Shown here piece by piece: positions 16,856 to 25,647 of a DNA stretch of 31,334 bases. The notes below the pieces were generated by a model. The model did no database searches. It was not told where the DNA came from and was given only the letters and a program-made list of their open reading frames with translations. The position numbers and the translations under genes were made by a program. Positions within the stretch are counted from its first letter, which is position 1. The number at the start of each line of letters is the position of its first letter. The DNA is from an uncultured Chthoniobacterales bacterium (GTDB lineage Bacteria > Verrucomicrobiota > Verrucomicrobiia > Chthoniobacterales > JAFAMB01): assembly GCA_964567505.1 (NCBI GenBank), contig CAZMNG010000001.1, positions 1-31,334 of the forward strand. Reading direction: 5' to 3'.

Positions 16856-17710
16856 CTATCGCCGGTCCTTGTCCAGCAGTTTCGCGCGAGCCCGCTCCAA
16901 CGCGGCGCGCTCCTGCGACGTCAGACTGTTCAGCCCGTTTTTTGAGATTTTATCGAGAAGACGATCCAACTCCGCCGAGTCGTTCCCAGTCACTTCCGCC
17001 GTTGCCGGGCGGGCGCCGGTCTTCGGTTTTTGCACGACCCGCAATTTCGGACGGCGGCGCAACGGCAGACTGAAAGAGGGCAATTCTCCACCGCGTTGGA
17101 GGAATCGAATATACCCGAATGAAAACGCGCTGATCAGCCACAACTCGCCAAGTGAAACCCAAGACCCGGACGAAAGCTCAATGGCGGAGGCCAACACCAG
17201 GCTGGCAATCGCAACCCACTTCGCAGTAAGGAATCCGCCCCATTGGACACCCGGATAGAGGGTACAAAAAGCAATAAAGAGCCCGATCATGATCTGGGTC
17301 TGGCCGAAGAAGAAGAGTGGGGCATTGATGACCAGCGACAGGCCGGTCAACGTAACCGGCGGAATCAGGAGGATCGCCCCGTACAAAGTGAGAAAACGCA
17401 CTTTGCCGATGTATTTTTCGATTTCGACCGCTGAGACGTAAAGAAACAGCAGAGCGATGATACTGAAGAAATTGGGAAAATCGACAAACGAATAAGTCAA
17501 TGCCTGCCAAACTTGTCCACCCAGTATCCAGCGCGAAGAATCAAACGCGAACAACGAGATGAGTGCATCCCATGCGCCAAATGCCTTGGCAAGAAAGGTG
17601 CCTAGAACGCCGATCGCGTAAGCGACGGTTAAAATTGTGGCACAATAGACCGGGTACCCCCGGAAGTAGGTCACCGGACGATCCTCATTGAAACTTGAGA
17701 TCAAAGCCAT
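16856..17710 (-). CDS. Rhomboid-like membrane protein (apparently inactive) with a C-terminal DUF6576-type helical domain
   Basis: GQVWQALTYSF (rhomboid WR-LTY motif), EIEKYIGKVRFLTLY, about six TM helices and the tail ELDRLLDKISKNGLNSLTSQERAAL. The catalytic GxSG and His are not present. Confidence 0.8.
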   Translation of the reverse strand: MALISSFNEDRPVTYFRGYPVYCATILTVAYAIGVLGTFLAKAFGAWDALISLFAFDSSRWILGGQVWQALTYSFVDFPNFFSIIALLFLYVSAVEIEKYIGKVRFLTLYGAILLIPPVTLTGLSLVINAPLFFFGQTQIMIGLFIAFCTLYPGVQWGGFLTAKWVAIASLVLASAIELSSGSWVSLGELWLISAFSFGYIRFLQRGGELPSFSLPLRRRPKLRVVQKPKTGARPATAEVTGNDSAELDRLLDKISKNGLNSLTSQERAALERARAKLLDKDRR

Positions 17711-17782
17711 ACCTGAACTCTCTCAACCGAACGTTGGTATTCTATAGGGAATTGTCCGCCGCGGCAAGGGGACAGAGGCTGT

Positions 17783-20700
17783 TTGATTCTGTTCCCAACT
17801 AAAGCTAATCTCGAACCCGTAATGCCTCAAACTTTAGACGCGCCAGTTCTGAAACCGGGACCTCTGAAACGCAAAGCGCGGGAGCTCGCTGCGCTGACCT
17901 TTCGGCGTCTAATCGGCAAACGCCGGAGGCAATCGGATGATCGGAATCTTCTGCCGCTACTGATCCAGGTCCTGGCGGGCTTCACCAAAGTCAACGGGCA
18001 AATTCTCGAGGATGAACTCGATTCAAGTCTCGGATTTTTGCGTTACGACTATCCCGAAGCGGTTTATTCCGATCTTCGCGCGTTGTTTCAGAAGGCGCTC
18101 AACGAGCAGCAGGATCTCGGGCAAATGGCAAAGCGGCTGGCTGAGGAAATGCCGCAGGACCGCAAAATCATGCTCGGGGTGCAGCTCTACGACCTGATTG
18201 CCAAAGCAGGCATGCAACAGGAACAGGTCATCGCCTACTATTCGTTCATGTCCCAGCTGGGCATGGCGGCCCAGGCAATCGATATTGTGTATCAGCTCAA
18301 CGCCGCCGATGCGGTTGATCCTTCCGTGTACCAGAAGGGGACATCGCCGCTCGAATCGGTCGTTCTCGGTTCAGGGCCGACCGCAGACGTGCAGCTACCG
18401 GAATTAAGCGCCGAGGACCGCCTCATAGCGTATCGCTACCATGAGCTGATCCTGTTCAAAAATCTGAGCTCGCGCCGCGTCAGCGTTCGCGGGCGAGCTC
18501 TTGCCTATGGTGAATTCTGCAGGATTTACCCTGGCCAGCGCCTGCTGGTCGACGAGCAGGTGATCAGCCATCAGGATCTCGCCTTTTACTTCAACGCAAA
18601 AAAAAATGTCTACCTGCCGCAAATTTTTGTGAAGGTCGAGGCGGGTGACGAGATACAGCTCGAAAAATCCAGAACCCGAGACAGCAGCCTGCAAGTCCAA
18701 TTTGGTCTTAAGGTTGAGGTCAAAGCGCTCAAGAACGTCGCTGCCACGCTCAACGGAACTGAGCTGAAAGCCGGTGCGACAGTCTCGGGCAACCTTGAAG
18801 ACCAGATTGCATTCTCAAACGGCCTGGTGCTCCCGTTAGTCGATCTGCGGCGCGGCGCTCGCGCGATGGGCGGGCGATTCCAGCTCAAAACATCGAAATC
18901 GGAGTATCTGGTCTCCAACAATCCGTCACTGCTGGAGGAGGATGATATTTTGCTCAGTCCCGGAACCGGCGGCGAGGTTCTCCTGAAAATCTCATGTGAT
19001 TACGACCAGAAAGTCGGGACGCTCGATGTGCTGCAGGCGGATCGCCCGATTATGGTCGGGGAAACGATCGTCCGCAACTCGGCGCCGCTGACCGATGGCG
19101 ATATCATCCGAATCGATAATGCCCAGATTCTGCGATGCGATTTCTCCGAGCGAATCATCGAGGAAGAACGCAACATTATTCATCAGCTCGAGGTGCGGGA
19201 TGTTTCGCTTCGCTTTGATACGGGGGATGTCGCGCTCGATGGAATCTCGTTTACGGTTACCAGGGGCGAAATGGTGTGCGTCATGGGCGCGAGCGGATCG
19301 GGCAAAAGCACGCTTCTCAAAGCAATTTGCGGCCAGAACGAACCGACAAATGGCTCAATCTTTCTTAATGGACAATCGCTCTATAGCAACCTGGAGATGT
19401 TGCGCGGGTACGTTGCCTACATTCCACAGGACGACGCATTCGACGAGCATCTCACCATCGTGGAGAACCTCGATTACGCTGCCGCGATCCGGTCTCCGCA
19501 CCTGTCCGATAGGGACCGGTTGCGAAGGATCGATAGCAAGCTGATCGAACTCGGCCTTTCGGAGCGCCGGGACAGCGTGGTCGGCAGTTCGGTCAAGAAG
19601 TTCTTGAGCGGCGGTGAACGAAAACGTCTCAACATCGGGTTGGACATGATCAGTTCGGCCGATGTCTATCTGTTCGATGAGCCGACCTCCGGGCTCTCGT
19701 CGAAAGATTCCGAGCACGTCATCGAAATCATCAAGAGTCTTTCACATAACAAGATCGTCCTTGTCACCATTCACACACCGACCTCGAAGATCTTCCAGAT
19801 GTTCAACAAAGCAGTTCTGGTCGACAAAGGAGGTCGCCTGGTCTTTTTCGGAACGCCCCAGGAGACCCTCCAATATTTTGCATCGGCAGAGCAGGAGCAG
19901 CACTTCGGAACCGCACTGGATGGATGCCCGTCTTGCGGCACAACGCGGCCCGAGTTTATCTTCGACGTTCTCGAGACTCCGCTGCGCGACCTGAGCGGCG
20001 ATATTATCTACGAAGAAAACAGCCGCGGCCAACTCGTCCCCGCCCGAAGGTATTCGCCAGACTACTGGCGCGATAAATACGAATCGTTCAGGTTGATCCA
20101 GGAGATGCGCCAGATTTCCCTGAAGCGGGAACCGCAAACTGCTCTGCCCCAGCCCAGCCAGAAAAAGGAAGCGACCCGCTGGCATGATGAATGGGTCCGC
20201 TTCACGACCATCCTTAAACGGGCGTTCGTGAGCAAACTGCGCAACCGGACCAATGTCTGGACCACCATTTTCGAAGCGCCGATATTGGCGGCGCTGATCG
20301 GGTTCGTGCTGCGCTACGCAGAGAATTCGGAGTACGACTTCGCCGCGGCGTTTCATATTCCGACCTACTTGTTCCTGGCGCTCGTCGTCGCAATGTTCCT
20401 GGGCCTGACCAACAGTTGCGACGATATCATACGCGATCGAGCGATCCTTGAGCGGGAGAGAAATCTGAACATTCACCTCCCCTACTACGTGCTGTCGAAG
20501 TTTCTCGCGCTGTCGCTCTTTGCCGTGCTCCAATCGGTCCTGTTCCTCTTGATCGGCGACGCGATCCTCGAGATACGCGGCATGTTCTGGCCGTATCTCT
20601 GGTTTATGGGCATAACGTCGATTGCCGGTGTTGCCGGCGGACTCCTCATTTCGTCGCTGGTGAACGATGCAAAGACAGCAGCCAACATCGTGCCGCTGGT

Positions 20701-21394
20701 TTTGATTCCTCAGATCATTCTCGGCGGAGCATTGATCAAGTACGAAGAAATGAATCGCAATCTCGATTTTATCTATGTCTTGACCCGGGACCGCGCCGCA
20801 CGGGAGCACCAGCAGGCGGACACCCACGTAAAGCCTCAGGATGTCGAGGTCCCGTTGGTTTGCCAGTTGATCCCGATGCGCTGGTCATACGAAGCAATGG
20901 TCGTCGCGCAGGCGAGGCTGAATCCGTTCACACAGCGGCAGGACATCCTGACCGAGAAAATCGAGGAGATGGCGAAAAAGAAGGACTTGACCCAAGCCGA
21001 GAGCGACCGTCTGGACGACCTGAAGGAGACGCTGGCGATTCTTTCGGGGCTCGCCGGCTCCAACACGGCGCAGATCTACGCGAAGCTGCACGAGGTCGAC
21101 AAGGTTATTTCCGGGGCTCCGCTGGATCGGAAGAAATTTGACTCGGGTGGCGATCAGGTGACCGCAGAGCAGCTTTTCCAGAATCAAAAGATCACCGACA
21201 TGCTGACCGATGCCCAAATGAAGCAGAAGGACTACACGTCGGAGGTGCGCAACGTCTTCTTTGGACCGGACAAGTATTATTTCGGACAGAAGCTGAACAT
21301 TTTTGTATTCAACTCTTGCATCATCAACGGTTTTACTCTGCTCTTTCTTCTCTTGCTGCTTTTCAGTCTGCACCGGCAGCTGAGAACAGCGTAG
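17783..21394 (+). CDS. ABC transporter fusion: TerB-like + FHA-like repeats + ABC ATPase + ABC-2/ABCG-type membrane domain
   Basis: Walker A GASGSGKST (19286), Q-loop YIPQDD, signature LSGGERKR, Walker B YLFDEPTSG, H-loop TIHTP and six TM segments at the C-terminus. The N-terminal ~460 aa extension is assigned by eye. The start may be ATG 17822. Confidence 0.88.
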   Translation: MILFPTKANLEPVMPQTLDAPVLKPGPLKRKARELAALTFRRLIGKRRRQSDDRNLLPLLIQVLAGFTKVNGQILEDELDSSLGFLRYDYPEAVYSDLRALFQKALNEQQDLGQMAKRLAEEMPQDRKIMLGVQLYDLIAKAGMQQEQVIAYYSFMSQLGMAAQAIDIVYQLNAADAVDPSVYQKGTSPLESVVLGSGPTADVQLPELSAEDRLIAYRYHELILFKNLSSRRVSVRGRALAYGEFCRIYPGQRLLVDEQVISHQDLAFYFNAKKNVYLPQIFVKVEAGDEIQLEKSRTRDSSLQVQFGLKVEVKALKNVAATLNGTELKAGATVSGNLEDQIAFSNGLVLPLVDLRRGARAMGGRFQLKTSKSEYLVSNNPSLLEEDDILLSPGTGGEVLLKISCDYDQKVGTLDVLQADRPIMVGETIVRNSAPLTDGDIIRIDNAQILRCDFSERIIEEERNIIHQLEVRDVSLRFDTGDVALDGISFTVTRGEMVCVMGASGSGKSTLLKAICGQNEPTNGSIFLNGQSLYSNLEMLRGYVAYIPQDDAFDEHLTIVENLDYAAAIRSPHLSDRDRLRRIDSKLIELGLSERRDSVVGSSVKKFLSGGERKRLNIGLDMISSADVYLFDEPTSGLSSKDSEHVIEIIKSLSHNKIVLVTIHTPTSKIFQMFNKAVLVDKGGRLVFFGTPQETLQYFASAEQEQHFGTALDGCPSCGTTRPEFIFDVLETPLRDLSGDIIYEENSRGQLVPARRYSPDYWRDKYESFRLIQEMRQISLKREPQTALPQPSQKKEATRWHDEWVRFTTILKRAFVSKLRNRTNVWTTIFEAPILAALIGFVLRYAENSEYDFAAAFHIPTYLFLALVVAMFLGLTNSCDDIIRDRAILERERNLNIHLPYYVLSKFLALSLFAVLQSVLFLLIGDAILEIRGMFWPYLWFMGITSIAGVAGGLLISSLVNDAKTAANIVPLVLIPQIILGGALIKYEEMNRNLDFIYVLTRDRAAREHQQADTHVKPQDVEVPLVCQLIPMRWSYEAMVVAQARLNPFTQRQDILTEKIEEMAKKKDLTQAESDRLDDLKETLAILSGLAGSNTAQIYAKLHEVDKVISGAPLDRKKFDSGGDQVTAEQLFQNQKITDMLTDAQMKQKDYTSEVRNVFFGPDKYYFGQKLNIFVFNSCIINGFTLLFLLLLLFSLHRQLRTA

Positions 21395-21412
21395 TGTCCC
21401 TGGTGTCTTAAG

Positions 21413-22996
21413 CTAGTGTCCAGCGGCCATTTCCGGCCGGCTCGGCGGGCGCGCCGGCTTTTTAAACAGGAACACGAGCGGGGCGCTCAGAAGGCAGATG
21501 ATCACCAGGAACCGGAACAGGTCGATGTACGAACTCAGCGACGATTGGTTCAACAAGGTCTGGTACGCCAGTCGATATGCCTGGTTATGAGCGGCAAACG
21601 ATCCGACTTGCGGTGTCAGAGCGGTTTGAATTTTTGCGATGTGGTCGTTGAAGACCGGGTTGTACTGAGACATCTGTCCTACCAGGAGAGCCTGGTGGGT
21701 TTGAGCGCCTCGTGCGACGAGAGCCGTAATGGCAGAGATGCCGACGCTTCCTCCGAGATTTCGGAGCAGGTTCGTCAAGCCGGTCGCCTCACCCATGCTC
21801 TCACGTGAGACGGTCGCCATTGAGAACGTCGTCATCGGGACGAAGATGCAGGTGATCGCGAATCCGCTGATCACGATCGGGAAGACAAAATTGACCGGCG
21901 CAACGTCCGTGGTGAGGCTGCCAAACATCCACATCGTCAACGCAAGCACTGCAAACGCACCGCCGATCCAGGCCCGGCCGTCGATCTTCGGGTTCGCCAG
22001 AATCCGGCCGGACACAATGCTTCCGACGATGGCGCCAAAGCCGCGCGGACTCATCACAAGCCCGGCGCTGAACGAAGTATAGGAAAGCAGGTTCTGCAGA
22101 AAGAGAGGTAGAACCGCGGTTGTGCCGTAAAGTATTGCGCCGATGAGGAATAACAGCAGACAACCGATCGCCAGATTGGTGTCGCGTAAAATGCGCAGAT
22201 TCACAATTGGGTGCTCCACTCGTAGTTCCCAGAGCACAAACGCGATAAAGCCGATCGCCGCGCTCCACGCAAGGAGCTGTATAAATCTTGAATAAAGCCA
22301 ATCCGCATCCTGGCCTTTGTCGAGCATTATCTGGAGGCACCCGATCCAAATGATGAGCAACGCAAATCCGATGAAATCAATTTTCCCGGCCCTGGAATCC
22401 TTTAGGTAGGAGGGGTCTTCCAGAAGAATCGAGCAAAGAATTACCGCCAGAATTCCGATAGGGATGTTGATGTAAAATACCCATCTCCAGGAGTAGTTGT
22501 CCGTCAGCCATCCGCCGACCGTGGGTCCCAGAATCGGCGCAACCACTACGCCGATCGCGTACACCGACATTGCCGAACCGCGTTTCTCCGGGGGAAAACT
22601 TTCCAGGAGAACGGCCTGCGCGATTGGTTGCAAAGCGCCGCCGCCGGCACCTTGGACAATTCGCGCGAGAATCAGCATCCCAAGACTGGAGGCCAATCCG
22701 CAAACGGCAGAGGAAATAGTGAAGATGACGATACAGGTGATTAGAAATCGCTTTCGCCCGAAGCGCCGGCCCAACCATTGCGTGGCCGGCAGGACGACCG
22801 CATTTGACACGAGATAACTGGTTAGAACCCAGGTCGCTTCGTCGGTGCTCGCCGATAAATTGCCCGCGATATGGTTCAAAGCGACGTTGGCTACAGAGGT
22901 ATCGAGAACCTCCATGAAGGTCGCCAGCATGACCGCAATGGCAATGAACCAGGGATTGACGGCCGGTTTCGCCCCGGCGGGCTCCGCTGCGGGCAT
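21413..22996 (-). CDS. emrB: DHA2-family MFS efflux permease (EmrB/QacA)
   Basis: MEVLDTSVANVALNHIAGNL, WVLTSYLVSNAV, GRRFGRKR, GPTVGGWLTDNYSWRWVFYINIPIG and IMLDKGQDADW. ATG 22996 preferred. Confidence 0.93.
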   Translation of the reverse strand: MPAAEPAGAKPAVNPWFIAIAVMLATFMEVLDTSVANVALNHIAGNLSASTDEATWVLTSYLVSNAVVLPATQWLGRRFGRKRFLITCIVIFTISSAVCGLASSLGMLILARIVQGAGGGALQPIAQAVLLESFPPEKRGSAMSVYAIGVVVAPILGPTVGGWLTDNYSWRWVFYINIPIGILAVILCSILLEDPSYLKDSRAGKIDFIGFALLIIWIGCLQIMLDKGQDADWLYSRFIQLLAWSAAIGFIAFVLWELRVEHPIVNLRILRDTNLAIGCLLLFLIGAILYGTTAVLPLFLQNLLSYTSFSAGLVMSPRGFGAIVGSIVSGRILANPKIDGRAWIGGAFAVLALTMWMFGSLTTDVAPVNFVFPIVISGFAITCIFVPMTTFSMATVSRESMGEATGLTNLLRNLGGSVGISAITALVARGAQTHQALLVGQMSQYNPVFNDHIAKIQTALTPQVGSFAAHNQAYRLAYQTLLNQSSLSSYIDLFRFLVIICLLSAPLVFLFKKPARPPSRPEMAAGH

Positions 22997-23018
22997 ATCG
23001 CGTTCGAAATGGATGAAT

Positions 23019-24293
23019 TTATCCGGCAGCAACCTTCGGTTTGTTTCCTAACCCGCGGCGCAGAATGAAAGTGACGCCCAATACCACAATTGCCAACGCA
23101 ACGCCCACCGTAAGAGGCGAATAATCCACCGATCCAACCTCCACTGTCGGAACAACCGATTCACCGGGACCCAACGGCAAGCCGGACTCGGTGTTCAACG
23201 CCTCGTCGAACAAAATCTTGACCGGAACACGTTGCACCACCTTGACGTAGTTACCCGTCGCATTCTCCGGCGGCAGGAGACTGAACCTGGCGCCGCTTCC
23301 GGCCTGAACGCTGTCGACATGGCCTTTGAACTTCTCACCGTGCAGCGCGTCGATCGCGATTTCGACAGTCTGACCGGGGCGCATCCGGCGGATCTGGTCC
23401 TCCTTAAAATTCGCTGTAACCCAGACATCTTTCTGGACCAGCGCAAAGAGGCTTTGCCCGGCCTGAACGTAAGCCCCCGGTTCCACCGATTTTTGAGTGA
23501 CCCATCCTGCTTCAGGCGCCAGAATCCCCGTGTACGATTGATTCAGTTTCGCCGTTAGAAGATTGGCATCCGCCTCATGGATCTGCGCGTTGACGCTGTC
23601 GACCAGGCCTTGGTACGCGTCGACCTGGGCCCGCGCTTCATTTACTTGTGCTTCATCGCTCAATACCTTTTTGTTCGCTGCATCCAGGGTCGCCTGCGCA
23701 GATTTCGCGGTCGCGCGAAATTGGTCGAGGTCCTGGGGCGCGACAACCTTCGTCTTGAAGAGGTCCTCATAACGCTGCAGGTCGCTCTGCGCTTTCTGAT
23801 TCTGAGCCGCGTCCGCAACCGCAGTCGCCCGGTCCGATTCGACGTTCGCTTCCGTGGTTTTAACGTGCGCGATCGCTTCCTGCACGGCGGCTTGTGCAGC
23901 CGACGCCTCCGCTTGCGTACTTTCCAACGCGGCTATTCGCTGCCGGGTGGCGGCTTCGAAGTCGCGCGCATCGAGTTCAACCGTGAGATCCCCCTTTTTC
24001 ACCAATTGATTGTCAAGGACGTAGACCGACTGCACACGTCCGGCGACTTTTGCCGAAACCGGGATGATGTGCCCGTCAATGAACGCGTCATCTGTCGATT
24101 GAGAGGCCGCAGAATTCACAAGATAAACCAGGCCATAGATGACACCCGCCGAAAACAAAAGCGCTACCAGCAGCGTCACAAATACGCGCCTTGCCGAATT
24201 TCCGCCGGCCGATTTTGCAACCCTGCCGGATCTGCCAGCGGCGCCCGTCGAGTGCCGTGTCTCTTCCCGAGCGACTTCAACTTGCCGTGCCAT
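23019..24293 (-). CDS. emrA: HlyD/EmrA-family membrane fusion (periplasmic adaptor) protein
   Basis: N-terminal TM helix, STDDAFIDGHIIPVSAKVAG, a coiled coil, ANFKEDQI and FSLLPPENATGNYVKVVQRVPVKI. ATG 24293 has a GAGG ribosome-binding site. Confidence 0.93.
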   Translation of the reverse strand: MARQVEVAREETRHSTGAAGRSGRVAKSAGGNSARRVFVTLLVALLFSAGVIYGLVYLVNSAASQSTDDAFIDGHIIPVSAKVAGRVQSVYVLDNQLVKKGDLTVELDARDFEAATRQRIAALESTQAEASAAQAAVQEAIAHVKTTEANVESDRATAVADAAQNQKAQSDLQRYEDLFKTKVVAPQDLDQFRATAKSAQATLDAANKKVLSDEAQVNEARAQVDAYQGLVDSVNAQIHEADANLLTAKLNQSYTGILAPEAGWVTQKSVEPGAYVQAGQSLFALVQKDVWVTANFKEDQIRRMRPGQTVEIAIDALHGEKFKGHVDSVQAGSGARFSLLPPENATGNYVKVVQRVPVKILFDEALNTESGLPLGPGESVVPTVEVGSVDYSPLTVGVALAIVVLGVTFILRRGLGNKPKVAAG

Positions 24294-24310
24294 AACCTCT
24301 TCTGTTGGGT

Positions 24311-24946
24311 TCAATGATTGCGCCTTTCGATCCCGATAAGGAAAATGTCGGCCACCGTCCTTATGTACTCCTCCGTCGTATAGTTGCACGGAACAACTGT
24401 CCCCTGCCTTAGCATGCCTGCGTAAAGGGTGTTCTTGAATGCATCCAGTGCGCACTCGATATTCACATCGCTGCGAACGACGCCGGCTTTTTGCGCATCG
24501 GTGAGAATGACGATCAGTCTTTCGCGAACCGGGCGAATGACATCCGCGATCATTGTCTGCATGGACTTGGGCAACAATTGCGCCTCAGAGAGGTAAGCGC
24601 GCGCGATCCCTTTTTTCTTCTCCATATGGTAGTAGTAGTGGCGCGCGTAGTTCGCCATGCTCTCCCGAAGGTTCTCCTTCCAGGAAAAAAACTTGTCCAA
24701 AACCTCAACCTCGGAGCACAGCCCGCGCTTGAGTACGGCGCCCAGCAACTGTTCCTTGCTCTTGAAATGCCGAAACAATGTCACTTCGTTCACGCGCGCT
24801 TTTCGGGCGATTTCGCGCGTTGTCGCCCCTCGGATGCCCTGTTTTGAGAAGGTCTCGAGCGCTGCGTCCAGGAGCCGTTCCCTGGTCTGATCGACAGAGG
24901 AACCAGCCGTACGCCTGGGCTCGACGGGTGTAGCGGGATCGCGCAT
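24311..24946 (-). CDS. TetR/AcrR-family transcriptional regulator
   Basis: HTH RERLLDAALETFSKQGIRGATTREIARKARVNEVTLFRHFKSKEQL. Start is ATG 24946 or ATG 24964. Confidence 0.93.
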   Translation of the reverse strand: MRDPATPVEPRRTAGSSVDQTRERLLDAALETFSKQGIRGATTREIARKARVNEVTLFRHFKSKEQLLGAVLKRGLCSEVEVLDKFFSWKENLRESMANYARHYYYHMEKKKGIARAYLSEAQLLPKSMQTMIADVIRPVRERLIVILTDAQKAGVVRSDVNIECALDAFKNTLYAGMLRQGTVVPCNYTTEEYIRTVADIFLIGIERRNH

Positions 24947-24958
24947 GTAAGTACTTAC
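24947..24958. promoter_or_regulatory. Perfect 12-bp palindrome, candidate TetR operator
   Basis: GTAAGTACTTAC directly abuts the ATG at 24946, upstream of tetR-emrA-emrB. Confidence 0.55.
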
Positions 24959-25053
24959 TTGCATACTCGAGTTCTGCAACTGTTTACTGATTCCGGTTCG
25001 CAGCGGATTCCTGCTTTGGTCGAGCGTCACCCTGTGGTATGGTGCTCCCCCAA

Positions 25054-25647
25054 ATGACTCCGGCCAGGCATGCTTCTCTCCAAAGAGAAACCACGGAAAC
25101 TTATGTCTCCGTCGATCTCACAATCGATGGCTCCGGCACTTCGACCGTTCAGACCGGGGTCCCGTTTTTCGATCATATGCTCACCCTTCTGAGCCGGCAC
25201 AGCCTGTTTGATCTGAAGATTGACGTGCGCGGAGATCTGGAGGTGGACTTTCATCACACCGTCGAAGACACTGCAATCATACTCGGTAAATGCCTGATGC
25301 AAGCCCTGGGTAACAAGGCCGGCATCAAACGCTACGGTTCGATCCTGCTCCCAATGGATGAAACACTGGTGCAACTCGCTCTCGACCTGAGCGGCAGAGC
25401 CTATTTGCACTACGAAACGCCTCCGAATGCCGGATCGATCGGGCGGTTCGGTTTCGAGCTCGTCGAAGAGTTTCTGCGCGCGTTCAGTTCGAATGCGAAT
25501 TTGAATCTGCATGTCGACGTTCTTCGCGGACGGAACAGTCACCACATGGCCGAGGGGATCTTTAAGGCATTGGCCAAGGCATTGGACCAGGCATGTCAAA
25601 TCGATCACCGGGTTTCGGGTATTCCGAGCTCAAAGGGGACGCTGTGA
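25054..25647 (+). CDS. hisB: Imidazoleglycerol-phosphate dehydratase
   Basis: RETTET, FFDHML, DFHHTVED, PMDE, DLSGR and NSHHMAEGIFKA. Alternative ATG at 25039. Confidence 0.96.
   Translation: MTPARHASLQRETTETYVSVDLTIDGSGTSTVQTGVPFFDHMLTLLSRHSLFDLKIDVRGDLEVDFHHTVEDTAIILGKCLMQALGNKAGIKRYGSILLPMDETLVQLALDLSGRAYLHYETPPNAGSIGRFGFELVEEFLRAFSSNANLNLHVDVLRGRNSHHMAEGIFKALAKALDQACQIDHRVSGIPSSKGTL

Noticed and set aside
19742-20827. 361-aa minus-strand ORF
   Set aside because: Antisense shadow of the ABC transporter with no motifs.
21392-21421. 8-bp direct repeat TAGTGTCC at the ABC/emrB junction as a possible target-site duplication
   Set aside because: Only 14 bp lie between the copies and there is no element or transposase; chance or a micro-duplication is enough to explain it.
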